This document shows, in pieces, positions 24,037-37,530 of a stretch of DNA of 64,000 nucleotides (position 1 is its first letter; each line of letters starts with the position of its first letter). Position numbers and translations under genes: made by a program. The stretch is from Azolla caroliniana (lineage: Eukaryota > Plantae > Polypodiophyta), in assembly GCA_043228905.1 (NCBI GenBank), contig JBHGNT010000017.1, forward strand, positions 4,960,001 through 5,024,000, given 5' to 3'. The notes beneath the pieces were generated by a model that did no database searches, was not told the DNA's origin, and saw only the letters and a program-made list of their open reading frames with translations.

Positions 24037-27000
24037 TGTTGGGAAAATAGGTCCCTCGAGATTGGAAGAAGAGTACGAGCCGAATCGGATGGAATTCGAC
24101 CAAGGATGAAATCGGAAATTGATTATATAACCGATTCAGAAGGTTATATTTGTAAATAGTCCACTATGTATATGAGTATATATACACTTAGGGCAAGTAA
24201 TTAGTAGTGGATAATCATTATAGTTGTAACAAATTACAATGAGTAGTTTCCTTTGTAACTAAGTAAAAGTGTGTGTGTGAGAGGGAGTGTGTGTGAGTAG
24301 TAACTTTGCCATCATTTGTTAGACGAAGATGAGCTTGAGGTTGTAGCCTCCGAGTCTCCTTGTATTCCTCTCTCTACATAGTGATTTATATCTTTGGGTT
24401 TGTGGACCCCCATGGTTTTTCCCTTTCGGTTTTTCCACGTGAAAATATATGTGTCTCTATTCTCTGTTTTCTGCTTTGTCTGTGTATTGTTGACTTTGTC
24501 ATTCTCAATTTTTTTGCACCCGCATACGCACAAATAGAAACCGGTTGTGGTCGGACAATTCTCAACAAACTGGTATCAGAGCAATGGAAGACTCATTCGA
24601 TGGCATGTTCAAACTTAACGGCTCCAACTATTCAATGTGGAAGTCGAAGATGAGAGACATGTTGTGTGCAAGGATCTATGGCTGCCAGTATAGTTTGGCA
24701 AAAGCAAGCCAGAAAAATCGATGCATCAACTTGGGAAGTGTTGCATCTGAAGGTGGCAACATATATAAGTTGTTTTATAGACATGATTCTATACAATAGC
24801 TTTGATGAAGAGACGATTGCAGATGTCCTCTGGAAGAAGATTGACGTAATGTTCGAAAACAAGAACGCCATGAATAGAATCTCCGTTTTCAGAAAAATTG
24901 TGAGACTCTGGTATCAAGATGGCTCCAACATGGCGGAGCATCTGAATGCCTTCCAAGGATTGATAAACCAAACCACCTCTCGAGAAGTACCTCTAGCCGA
25001 CGAGGTATTAACACTGTTGTTGCTGGGATCCCTTGTGGACAGTTGGGAGATGCTCATTGTCACATTGGGAAATGTCGGATCGGACCGGAAGCATTTATCC
25101 ATAGAGTAGGTGAAGTTGAGCTTATTCAATGAAGAAGCTCGCCGGAAGGACAGAGAGTCCATTGCCGACCTGAACACGAAAAGTGACATGAATCGAGGAG
25201 GATGCTAACATCGAAGTCCCCAGAATCGAGATAAGTCAAGGACAAGGTTGAAATCGAGAGGAAGGCCCACGTGTTTCTATTGTGGGAAGTCGAGGCACTT
25301 CCAAAAGAATTGTCAACATTTCATGTTAATGGGTTTTAGGGTTAGGGTTGATAATAATGATAAACATGAAAATGGTGTGTTTGAGGATTAGCATTGTGAG
25401 ATTGGTGATGGCATTGCGGGGTGGGGGGTGGTGCCTAGAATGGCTCCTCCCCCCTCCCAAGGGGGGTTCAACGTAAGGGGAGAGAGAGAGAAAGAGAGAT
25501 GACAAGAGAGAGAGAGAAATCTTCCTTCTTTTTCATTCATTCCCCATAAGGGGGGTTAAATAGTTACATGAGGGTAGATACATAGGGGTGCAAGCCCCCT
25601 TGGCCAATCACACTAGTCCCTCACTCACACCTCTTCTTATCTATCCACTCACACTCACACTCATAATCATATACGTTACACATACATACAACAACATTAA
25701 GTTTCTTCACCCTCACTCAACTCTCTGTACATCTCGTACAACAGCACATTATGGCACAACCGTGGGACAGTGCCTTGCATATTGAGCCCACGGGTCTTGA
25801 TCATCATCTCTATACAACCGGAACTTCCATCGGTCCTCTCATCGATCGACTCTCTTGGTCGGGATGCTTGACTCGAACATCTCCTTCGGTCAACGAAACT
25901 TCCTTGACACGAACATTCTCGTTCTGTCGGCTCACAAACTTTGGTATCATCATTCGGGTCGTCAAAAAAAATGTTGTATGTATGTGTATTCTTTCTTTTG
26001 TTGATTTTATGTGAGTAGTTGCGAGTTTTCAAAAGTTTGGTGATGCCCTTTGGTTTTTTAAATATTGTATTATATACCCTCAAGCTTTTAAAATTCATTA
26101 TATACCCCTAGGTTTTTGAAATTGCATCACGTATCCTCATGTTTTTAAAATTATGTCGAATACGCCCCTTAAGCTATTTTCTTTTATTTTTAGTTTTGAT
26201 GATTGGATAAACACTCATTTTTGTTGTAACCTATTTGTCTCATGGGCCAAATTTGGCCTTAGAAGACGTTAATATATCTTTCTTTCTTTCTTTCTCATGC
26301 CCCTTGATTCTTTTTATCATCATTATTATTAGTTCTATTGCCTGTTTGTCGTCTTCTTCTTTTTCCCTCCTTTGGCTTCATTTTACTCCTCCTCCTCGTC
26401 TTCTTACTTTCTTCCTCTGCGTCTTATTTCGTTCTACGTGGTGTCCATCTTCTTTTCTTCTCTCTTTCCTCCCTTCTTTTTCTCTGTTTCTTCTTATTTT
26501 CTGCTACTTCTTCTTCGATTTCTCTGTTCATCTTCTTCCGTTGTGGCTGCTGCTTCTTCTTCCTCTTCCTCTTCCTCTTCCTTTTTGTCTGCACGTAGTT
26601 TTGCGTTCAGCCCGTCCGGCTGCCTCTGTACAATCCGTTTTGTCTGTTTCCCCGGCCTTCTTTCGATCGTCGTTTTGGCCGCTGTCGGTAGTTATCCGGC
26701 CATCTCCGGCCGTCTTTGTCCGACGCTATCCGGTGCCTGTACGTCCGTCCGGTGTCTTTTCATCAATGTCCGGCCAAACGGGGGCCGACCGTGTCTTTCC
26801 GGGTTTTCCGTTCGTTCAGCCCGGCCCGCGCTTGTCTCTCTTTTCAGAAACCCTGGATATCTGAACAGCACCATCATTCTCTTTTCTTTTTTCTTCTCTT
26901 TTGCGATTAGATTCGTGCCAAATAGACCCAACACGAACCAACAAAACACACTCGAATAGACCTTAATCCGTAGCAAAATCCGTGCAGCAGTGAGTTCGCC

Positions 27001-28615
27001 ATTTCCCACTTTTTTCGCATGTCGTTGTCCCCATTTACCGCACATCCTCATCGGATCACCATGTAACATTCTCCGACTTCCTTGCCCACATCGTCACCAT
27101 TTTTGTACATCATCGTTGCCGCATCTCTCGTACATCGTTCGTTACCATTTCTCGCTTTCCTCGCACATACGTCCATTAGATTTCCCGCTCTCTTGTATAC
27201 TTTCACCGCATCTCTTCATTGGGTTCTTCCGAAGGGGGATTTGTTGTTGTGGTCGCCAAAATAGGGTTGCTGGTTTTTTTCTGCCTGCTTGTGCTAGTTT
27301 GTGCTTTCTTCTTCTTCAGATGCTTTGCCCGTTCTTGTATCATCTCCGTTGCCTTTGTTCGGCGTTTCTCTTGTCGTTTCTTCACTCCAAAAGGAAAAGG
27401 GGGGAGCCGACGGTGTGTAGCCGAAAAAGATTTCGGACATCAAGAACTCGGCAATTGCGACAAGTGAGGATTTGTTGCTCATCAGTGAGAAGAACCAAAT
27501 GAACCTTGTCGGTGATGAATCAACATGGGTGGTCAATTTGGGTGCGTCGTTTCACCTAACTCCCAACTGGAAGTTTTTCTCATCTTATAGACCCGGAGAT
27601 TTCGGATCTGTAAAGATGGGAAATGAAGGAGCATGCCGAATCGTTAGAATTGGAGATGAGTGTTTGACAACATCATCCGGGTGTAGACTTGTATTGAGAG
27701 ATGTTCGGCACATTCCAGAAGTTCGACTAAACTTGATATCAGCTGGTCGGCAAGATGACAAAGGCTACTTGGGTAGCATCTGGAACGATGTCATAAAGTT
27801 CTACAAAGGGAGCCTGATTGTGGCCCGAGCCCGAAAGACAAACACACTATACTTGATGCATGGTCGAATATGCTGGGAGGAAGTAAATGTGGCCGCTGAC
27901 ACATTCGGTGAGCTGTGACACAAGAGGCTATGTCACATGAGCTAGAAGGGGATGTGAAGACTTGCCGATGATAACCTCATTTCGAAGGTGAAGAATGTGC
28001 AACTTGGGAAGTGCATAGATTGCTTGGCGGGCAAGCAGAATCGAACCTCCTTTCGAACATGGCCCCCGATGAAGAAGAAAACACCGTTGGAACTCGCGCA
28101 TACGGATGTATGCTACGTGGATACAAAGTTGCATGTTGGTTCTGACATAGTATTTCGTGACCTTCATAGACGATTGTAGCCGGAAGTTGTGGGCTTCCGT
28201 GTTAAAGACGAAGGATTAGGTTATTCTCCCTAGGGATTTCCAGATAACGAATATGTGCTCTTAACCGATGAGGGTGAGCCGAAAAGCTTCGAAGAAGCTA
28301 AGAACGATACCCACAACCGACAGTGGTTAAGTTCCATGCAAGACAAGATGGATTCCTTGCATGAGAACCACACATACAAATTGGCCGAGTTGCCGAAAGG
28401 GAAAAGGGCAATCAGAATAGGTGGGTATACAAGCTAAAACCGGGCGATAACGGAAATCCACCGAGATATAAAGCCCGAATCGGCGTAAAGGGATTCCAAT
28501 AGAAGAAGGGTGTGGATTTCGACGAGATATTTGCCCCAGTAATGAAGATGATGTCAATCCGAACATTGTTGAACATAATGACCATCATGGATCTCAAAGT
28601 TGAGCAATTGGATGA
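24037..28615 (+). mobile_element. Truncated Ty1/copia element D (Tnt1/Tork-like), no 3' LTR
   Basis: LTR 24037-24567, PBS TGGTATCAGAGC 24571-24582. Gag MEDSFDGMFKLNGSNYSMWK, knuckle CFYCGKSRHFQKNC, protease WVVNLGASFH, partial integrase, RT start. Interrupted at 25324-~27385. Confidence 0.88.
25324..27385 (-). mobile_element. Non-coding LTR element (LARD-like), same family as 52439-55410; only one LTR visible
   Basis: 25324-25746 is a diverged reverse complement of LTR 52439-52950, and 25747-26170 matches the reverse complement of 54680-55075. The internal tract is pyrimidine-rich on +. Confidence 0.7.
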
Positions 28616-28677
28616 AACTTTTCTCTTTCTCTTTCTCTTAATGCTTCTTGAGTGGCTAGTTCCTCCCTTAGTGTTAG

Positions 28678-28706
28678 TGTAAATAATAGGTTAGAGATGT
28701 GTGTTA

Positions 28707-28750
<44 letters not shown>

Positions 28751-30689
28751 AGAGAAACACAAGATAGATAGAATAGACAATGGAAAATACTCAAGAAGAT
28801 TGTGTATTACAAAGGAGGTTAACCGACATATTACAAAGTAGGAGGAGAGTACTTTATATAGTCACACTCTCTCTTCATTAACTATTGAAGCTCATGAGTC
28901 ATGGGGATTGTGGAAACTCATTAGTTATGTGTCATAGAATATGATTCTATGACACATAGTTAATGTATAAAGAGTAGTGGTGTGACTTTTGACCTTTGAG
29001 TGTTCATACACTCTCAAGGGTGTGTTCACACACTAGGCTAGGTTGAGTTTGATTCTCAACATGCCCCCTCAAGCTCAACTTTGGTTGGCTTGTCCGCTTC
29101 GGCTGGTACCCAATTTGAACAATATTCGGTTCTCTCTATTTGGTGTCCGCTTCCGCTGATACCTGGTTCAGACATACTCCCCTCAAGCTTGGCAAGTCAG
29201 GGATCATCAATCCAAGGTCTGACATGAATTGCCAAAGCTTGTCGACTCCTAGGGGTTTGGTGAAGATGTCGATTGTCGGAAGATTCATGCTAATGTGTTG
29301 AAGGTTGACATCTCCAGCTTGAATGTGCTCTTGAATGAAGTGATAGTGCACTTCGATATGCTTCGTGCGTGCGTGCGACACTGGGTTCTGAGCCAGATGA
29401 ATACTACTCATGTTGTCGCAGTAAAGGGGAATCAGATCTTTGACGGGAATGTCCAGATCCTTCAATATCCTCTTGAGCCATATAACTTCACATGCAGCCA
29501 CCGCCGTGCCCCTATATTCGGCCTCTGTGCTTGAAAGAGAGACGATGGGTTGCTTCTTGCTACTCCAGGAGATGGCCCCCACTTCCGAGGGAGAAGACAA
29601 AACCAGAGGTTGATCGTCGATTGGCTTTGAAGCCAGCCCAATCAGCATCTGTGTACCCTTCGAGTTGAATTACCGTGGCTGACTTATAGAGAATACCATA
29701 GTCCATCGTTCTGCTCACATATCATAGCACTCGCTTAGCACAATCCAATGGATATATCTTGGAGTTTGCAAGAATTGGCTAAGGAGGCCGACCAGATAGG
29801 TTAGGTCGGGTCAAGTGATCGTGAGGTAGATGAGACTACCAACAAGTTGTTGATAGTGTGTCGGCTCACACTCTGTGGTGCCAGAATTGGTATCAAGTTT
29901 GAGGTTTCGATCGAGATGGGTTGCCACAGATTTGCACTCGGTCATCCCGAACTTGTATAACAAGTTGAGTATGTAGTGCCATTGAGAGATCATTACCCTA
30001 GTTGGAGTTCGGATTACCTCAATGACAAGGAAGTAATGGAGCTCTTTCATGTCCGTCATCTTGAATTTGCTCGAGAGGAGGGACATGACCTTATTGATGT
30101 CGACTAGATGGTCACCTCCAATGACCAGATCATCCACATATAGGATGCTGACAATCAAACTTTCAGAATCGCTTCTTACATAGAGAGAATTGTCGGATTT
30201 TGACATTTGGAAGCCGATTCGATAAAGATATTGTGTTATCTTCGATTGCCAAGCACGTGGTGCTTGCTTAAGGCCGTAGAGAGGCTTCTTGAGTCGGCAA
30301 CCGACTTTCGGATGAATGTTGGATTCAAAGCTGGGTGATTGTACCATGTACAACTCCTCTTCTAATTCTCCTTGAAGAAAGGCGTTCTTGACATCCATCT
30401 AGTGGAGGTGCCACCCTTTCGCTGCAGCAAGCGCTATCACGGTCAACACGGTTGTCATCTTTGCCACCGAGGCAAAGGTCTCTTCATAGTCGACTCCCTA
30501 TGTTTGTGCGTAGCCCTTTGCTACGAGTCGAGCTTTGTAACGGTGGACAGAATCATTAGCATTATACTTCACTTTGTATATCCATCTGCAACTGATTGCC
30601 TTCTGGTGTGGTCAGTGAGGGACGAGATCCCATGTCTTGTTCTTGCCGAGAGCTTGCATCTCCTTGTTCATCACTTTGACCCATTGCGG
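28678..30689 (-). mobile_element. Ty1/copia element E, 3' part (LTR 28678-29061, RNase H, RT)
   Basis: LTR resembles 10070-10532 and is followed by a PPT. ORFs 29136-29648 (RNase H) and 29811-30398 (RT). Cut at 30689 by the gypsy nest. Confidence 0.88.
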
Positions 30690-31569
30690 TGTCATGGAGA
30701 ATTCAACTGCTAGAGGAATGGGGGGGGCGAATGCGCGTTAACGAGGGTGTGGGTTGATGCACTCAGATATGCCTTTATGTATAAACACATGTAAATAACG
30801 TAAGACTAGTAAGTGCTAGGGACGAGGATTCAATAGGCACTTTAAAGTTCCGCACGAACAGAGTGGAATATGGGAGTTTGACGCGAGGAGATCAAGGAAA
30901 ATCTCTGTCCGAAGCAGCCGGTTTAACTACCTGATGTAACAACCCACTTTCTCCTTGGCCTATAAAAGGAAGGAGAGAGGACTGAGGAGGGATCCGCATT
31001 TTTGGAGAGGGAAGTGCTACCGGTTTGGGTCCTGATCTCTCTCTCTGTGGGTGTCTTCGTGTTGGGTTTAGGTTGGACGCCTCTGATCGCGTAGGAAGCC
31101 GGTGAGCTCCCGACATAGGCTCCTCATTGAATCGGTGTGTGTGCGTGCATGTGTATGTGTGTGAGAGTGGGTTGTTGTTTGGTGAGCGCGTAGCTCTATT
31201 ACCGGCCAGGCTGGTTGTACTCTATCTATTTTGATCTATTCATTCGATTGTTGCCCGTGTGTCTCCTTGATTCAGGTCTCTCTCTCTCTCTGTTTCCATT
31301 CATTCGATCGCTATCCGTGTATCTCTGGGGTTCGGGTCTCTCTCATTGTCCTGATACCATCACACTGGTTTTGAGATCCTCCGAGAGGGACAAAGCACCG
31401 TCACATCCGGGTTGCCGTACTTGTTATTAGATACCCAGAGACCGGCCTGCAAACTGTGACAGTCTCTCTTCTCACTTCCTGCACTCCTTGGTCGGGGGCC
31501 CCCGCAGTCCCGCCGAAGATCCTACAAGCAGACGTGGAATACCGCACCTTAATTTGGTGAACCCGATGT

Positions 31570-34500
31570 TGTCGTGAAGAAAACCGGCCATAGGCGGAAT
31601 CGGAGGGAAAGCGCGTAAACCGGCCGGCCCTTACACGGATGGATGCGTGACTTGATATTTTGTACACGAACCGGTGGATGTAAATACGAAGCCGCACACA
31701 TTTATTAGGGGGGGATTGTGCGTATCCCGGTTAGGGGGGGACAAGGAATAAAGGGAAGACGACAAGGGAAAACGGGTATCGCGCGCAAGGAGGAAGTGGA
31801 AGCGGGGTTGCAGAATGGGAGGCGGAGCTCTCTCTCCTCGACTTGGATCGTCGCTCTCTGCGGGTGTCGGGTGGTCGCTGCCTCTGCTTCGTGGACAGCC
31901 CATGTGCTTCCAGCAGAGTCGCTCCCTTTCCCCCTTTTGTTTCTTTGAGTCGTGTGACTGTCGTCGGTGTGCGTGAGTAGGGTCCCCGTGTCGGGTTCGT
32001 CGCCGCTTTGTCGGTTGTAACTGTCGGAGTTTGTAATCTCTTGCCATTATAATTAGGTGTTATGTTCTATATCTCTTTTCTCGCTTCTACGTGTCGGTGA
32101 ATCTCTCTCTCTGTCTCTCTGTCTCTCTCGCTCCTCGATCCAAGACCCCCGTAGTCCTGCCCCTTTCTACACGTACGCGCGTAACAACGCGACATCTTTG
32201 GTGAACTCGACGTGAACGGGCGGCGAAGGAGTCGAAAGATGAGGGGATTGGAGCTAGCAGAGGCAATGGCGGTGGCCGTCGACCGGCTGGTGAGCGCTCG
32301 TGAGGGAACGGGTACCCTCGACAGAGCCATTGAATCGATCGTCGGCTCTATAGGCCGTTTCGGAGGGAAAGACACCACAAGTTATTTGGAGGCTTACCGG
32401 GTCGAAATGATCATGAGGGATATCCCGGTGGATAGGTGGCTATCCGGATTCCCTCGGGTGGTGACGCCAGGCATCCATGCGGAGGTGCTCGAGGTGCTGG
32501 CCGGATGCCAGACTTGGGAGGAGTTCGAGCTGCAGCTCCTCAAGAAGTACGGGTTTGACGACTCGCTCCGGCTGTCGAGGCGGGACTTCATGGCGTGGGT
32601 GGAAAGCCCCGGAAAAGGGAGAAACACATCGGTGCTCCTCCAGGAGTTCGAAAAACGGTTCGCGCGGCTGTCGACGCTGGACCGGACGGTGCTCGAAACA
32701 AGTTGAGTACTGCTGTTTGTCAAGTCGGTGGATGCGCTCGACAGGGAAAAGGTGGGGCCCCTATTGGAAACGGACGAAGGGCTCACGACGGACTGGGCCG
32801 TGGTAAAACGGGTCTGCAGCCGTTTCGACAAACGGCGCGATTGGAGCGACGGAAGCACGTCGGGGCCGGTCCCGGGGAGGAGGCTCGAGGAGCCGGTTTC
32901 GGTGCCGGCTGGGAGGAAGGAAGAGACCCGAATCTGGCCGGAGTCGGGGTCGGCATCGAACGATGTGGTCAGAGGCCCATCCGGAGGAGCGGCTTTGGAG
33001 GAGTTAACACAGATGGTGCGCGACCTGCAGATCTCACAGGCCCGAAGAGACAGCGGTGAACAACCTCGCGACCGGAGGCCGCCGGTTGGGCAGCGGTGCA
33101 TGTGGTGTGACGCGATTGGTCACATTCGGAAGGACTGCGCGGATTTTGCCGACGCGCTCAGGACCAGCGTGGTGTACCTCTAGAACGGGCGGGTGCACGC
33201 GAGCGAGACCCGGAGAGCCCTGGAATTGAATACGGGGCGCGATGGAATGAAGAGGTTGATGAAAGAGGCCACGACACGGCACGTCGAAGCCGTTAACTAC
33301 TCAGTGTCGGCGGGAATTCGGGTTGGGGGTGATGAGACCCGGAAGGTGAAGGACTCCGGATTCTAGCCGCTAGTGCTAGAAGGCCTCTCCGGAGTTCGGC
33401 TGAGGAAAGAAGAGGCGGACCGCGCGGAACAACGGGTCCAGGAGGTCACCGGTTGGGACGATCCGGTGGAAGAGAAAACGGGCTTCGTGGAAGCCGCTTG
33501 CCAGAACTACGAGGTTTTGGTAGAGGACAAACGGGCAGGAAAGGCCGGAGGGGCTGGCCCCCCGAGGTATGAGACCCGGTTCGGACCGAAACCGACCGGT
33601 GCCGGCAACCCAGGCATGCCGGATGGGAAGAAGCAGGCGGGGTTTCGGTTGAGCACCAAAATCGGGAGAGCAACGGACCTACCGAAGGTCCTTGAAGAGC
33701 GAATCCTCGACAGTAAAGTGGAGCTGTTGTTGCGGGAGGTGCTGGGAATTTGTAAAGCGGTTTATGGCAAGGATGTTCCCATCTGCGTAACGGTGGACAC
33801 CAGCCGGACCGGGATCTGGTGGGTAATCAATCAGGAGGACAAGGGCGGTGTAAGATTCCCGATCCGGTTCGGGGCGAAGGTATTGAGCGAGCGGCAGCGA
33901 GGGTACGCCCAAGTTAAGCGCGAACTTTGGGGTGTCGTTTCGGCAGTCAAGGCCGACAAGGATTATCTGATCGGGACGGAGGTCATTATCGAGACGGACT
34001 GCCTGCCGATACTCGGCATGGTTTCCGGATGCGCGACGCCGGACCTAGCAATGCTCCGGTGGATAGCGTACATCAAGTCCCTGAACCCAGAGATACGGCA
34101 CATCTCTGGAAAGGACAACGCCGTGGCGGACATGCTTTCGAGGGCAAGGTTCAACGACGAAGACGACATGGTTTCGGAAGACGAAGAAGTCGGCGAGGAC
34201 TTCTTCGGGTCAGCTAACGTAACGACAAGAAGGAAAGGGAACACTCCGGTCCTTAATGAATTTGACGAAAGCAGGTACGACGGGGAGTAGCTCCAAATCG
34301 GGAGGTTCCTACGGACGATGACGCCGGATGCAGCGTGGGCGAGAGAGGAGGCGAGCCGGATACGGAGGAAGGCGTACCGATTCTTCCTGCGGGACGGGTG
34401 CATATGGAAACACCCAAAGAAGAGAAGCGGCATCCCACTCCGAGTAGTGGCAAAGAAAGAAGAACAGGAGAAACTACTGGCGGCATTCCACGAGAGCCCA

Positions 34501-36313
34501 TGGGCCGGACACCGCGGAACGTGGGCCACGTTCGAGAAGCTGAAGGAGAAGTACTAGTGTCCGGGGCTATACCAGGACATGCATCGGTTCGTAACGACTT
34601 GCAAAAGCTGTCAGGTGCACTCCGTGGTCCGACACCGGGACGAGCTACACCCGACCTACCCGCCTACGGTCCATTTCAAGTGGATGGTGGACTTGGTGAT
34701 GATGCCGATGGGGGTAGGACAGATGCGATACCTGGTGCTTGCACGGGAAGACTTAACGAACCAGGTGGAAGGCCGTGCACTGCAAAGCAAGACAACCGCG
34801 ACGGTATGCTGGTTCCTGATCGAAGAAGTAGTGTGTCGGTACGGGTGCGTCAGGAGGATCGTGGCGGACCGGGGAGAGCTGGATGCGTGGGAGGCCGAGG
34901 AGCTGTTCGACCGGCTAGGCGTCAAACTCTCCCTCACCACGACGTACAATCCGGAGGCGAACGGAAAGGTGGAACGTGGGCACGAACCGATTGTAAAGGC
35001 ATTGGTGCGTGCATGCGGTGGGCAGGTCGGGAATTGGCCGCGACTCCTTCCTTACGCGCTATGGGCGGACCGGACTACACACAGTTCGGTGACAGGGTTT
35101 ATGCTAGCGGAGCTAATGTACGGACAAAAGCCGATCATGTCGGTGGAACAGATAGTTTCTTCGTGGGCGGTGGTAGATTGGAAGGACGAAATGAGCCGGG
35201 AGGAGTTGTTGGCGGCGCGGATTCGACAACTCGAGCGGAGGCCGGAGGACGTGATACAGGCGAAGGAAAAGCTGCGAGCGGCGAGGGAGCGGAACAAGAC
35301 CCAGTTCAACTGGATGCACCGGTTGCGATCAAAGAAGATCGAGGAAGGCGACTGGGTCTTGGTATACGACAGCAGCCTCGACAATCAGCACAAGGCGGTG
35401 CGAAAGTTTGCTAGGAGATGGTTTGGGCCCTACATGGTGACGAGCGCGAACGACAATGGCACGTGCCACCTCGCGGAACTCGACGGGACATGATTAGCGG
35501 TGCCGGTGGCCGGAAAGCGGATCAAAGCTTTCAAAAAGTGGTTCGAAGACGAGCCGGAGCCTGCGAGCGGGAGCGACAACGACGATCAGTTTGGGTCCGA
35601 CGGAGAATCGGAGAGCAACGAGTGAGGCCGGGTTTCTTCGATATCTACCCGTCTCTGGGGCATACCGGTGGATGCGCGGTTTGGTGGGGGTGGATGTCGT
35701 GAAGAAAACCGGCCATAGGCGGAATCGGAGGGAAAGCGTGTAAACCGGCCCTTACACGGATGGACGCGTGACTTGATATTTTGTACACGAACCGGTGGAT
35801 GTAAATACGAAGCCGCACGCATTTATTAGGGGGGGATTGTGCGTATCCCGGTCAGGGGGGGACATGGAATAAAGGGAAGAGGACAAGGGAAAACGGGTAT
35901 CGCGCGGAAGGAGGAAGTGGAAGCGGGGTTGCAGAACGGGAGGCAGAGCTCTCTCTCCTCGACTCGGATCGTCGCTCTCTGCGGGTGTCAGGAGGTCGCT
36001 GCCTCTGCTTCGTGGACAGCCCGTGTGCTTCCAGTAGAGTCGCTCCCTTTCCCCCTTTTGTTTCTTTGAGTCGTGTGACTGTCGTCGGTGTGCGTGAGTA
36101 GGGTCCCCGTGTCGGGTTCGTCGCCACTTTGTCGGTTGTAACTGTCGGAGTTTGTAATCTCTTGCCATTATAATTAGGTGTTACGTTCTATATCTCTTTT
36201 CTCGCTTCTACGTGCTGGTGAATCTCTCTCTTTGTCTCTCTCTCTCTCGCTCCTCGGTCCAAGACCCCCGTGGTCCCGCCCCTTTCTACACGTACGCGCG
36301 TAACAACGCGACA
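31570..36313 (+). mobile_element. Ty3/gypsy element G1, lacking protease and RT
   Basis: LTRs 31570-32194 and 35695-36313, TSD ATGT/ACGT, PBS 32199-32216. Gag with CMWCDAIGHIRKDC, RNase H (VDTS...RELWG...ETDC...ADMLSR), integrase (YNPEANGKVERGH, WFGPY). Confidence 0.93.
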
Positions 36314-37530
36314 ACGTGAAAGGCGGAAGAGGAGTTTGAAGATGAGGGGAAGCGAGTTGGCAGAGGTGATGGTGGTAGTCGTCAACTGCATAGTGAGTGC
36401 ACGAGATGGTATGGGTACCCTCGATAGGGCAATTGAAGGGATAGTCGGAACGATAGGCCGGTTCAATGGAAAAGACATGATGAAATGTCTGGAGGCGTAA
36501 AGGACGGAGATGATAATGAGGAATATTCCAGAAGTGCGGCGGCTTTCCAAATTCCCATGAGTGGTGATGCTGAGCATCCACGCGGACGTGCTCAAGGTAT
36601 AGACGGTGTGCAGAAGTTGGGCGGAGTTCGAGGAACGACTTCTGTAATGATTTAGGTTTAATGACTCCCTCCGACTGTTGAAGCGTGAATTCATGGAGTG
36701 GGTTGAAAGCTCAGGGAAAGGGAGAAACATTGCGGCCCTCCTCCAAGAATTTGAAACGAGGTTTGCTCGCCTCTCGGCGCCATATCAGAGAGTGCTCGAT
36801 ACGAGCAAGGTTCTGTTGTTTATCAAGTCGGTCATCGAGGAGGACCGGGAGAAGGTAGGCCTTCTTCTCAAGACTGATGAGGGACTTACGGCCAATTGGG
36901 CCGTGGTTAAGAGGGTTTGCGGCCGCTTCCACAAGCGACGAGACTGGACGAATGAAAGGGCGACCGTGGGCGCACCGATGGTACACAAGAAATAGGGAGA
37001 GGTTTCTTTGGCGTGATTGGACGAGACAAGGCAGTGGTTGGAATCGGGAACGGTTCCGGCTGCCGTGGTTGGCGGGTAGGCCGGGGGCGCAAGACTAGAT
37101 GAGTTGACCAAGATGGTGCGGGATCTCCAAATCGCACAAGCACGTAGGGACAACGAAGGCCCGTTACGCGATCGAAGGCCACCCTTAGAGCAATGGTGCA
37201 TGTGGTGCAACGCGGTCGGCCATGACCGGAAGAACTGCGCGGAATTTAACGAAGCACTCAGAAATAATGTGTTGTATCTCTGGAACGGCCGGGTGTACGC
37301 CAACAAGATACGGGCAGCTGTCAGGTTGAACTTCGGCTGGGGTTAATGGAAGAAGCCGCAACATAACACGCCGAGGGTGAGGGTGGCCAAAAGGCGAAGG
37401 ACTCCGGGTTCTGGCCTCTGGTCCTAGAAGGCCTTTTAGGGGTAAGGCTGAGGGAGGAGGAAGCGGTCCACTCGGAAAGGAGAGTCCGGGAGGTCATCGG
37501 ATGGGATGATCCAGTCGGGGAAAAGACCAG

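Noticed and set aside
26235-27502. Hydrophobic F/L/S-rich ORFs resembling membrane or env proteins (also 53401-54679)
   Set aside because: They arise from pyrimidine-rich low-complexity tracts that are open in several frames at once, with no conserved motif.
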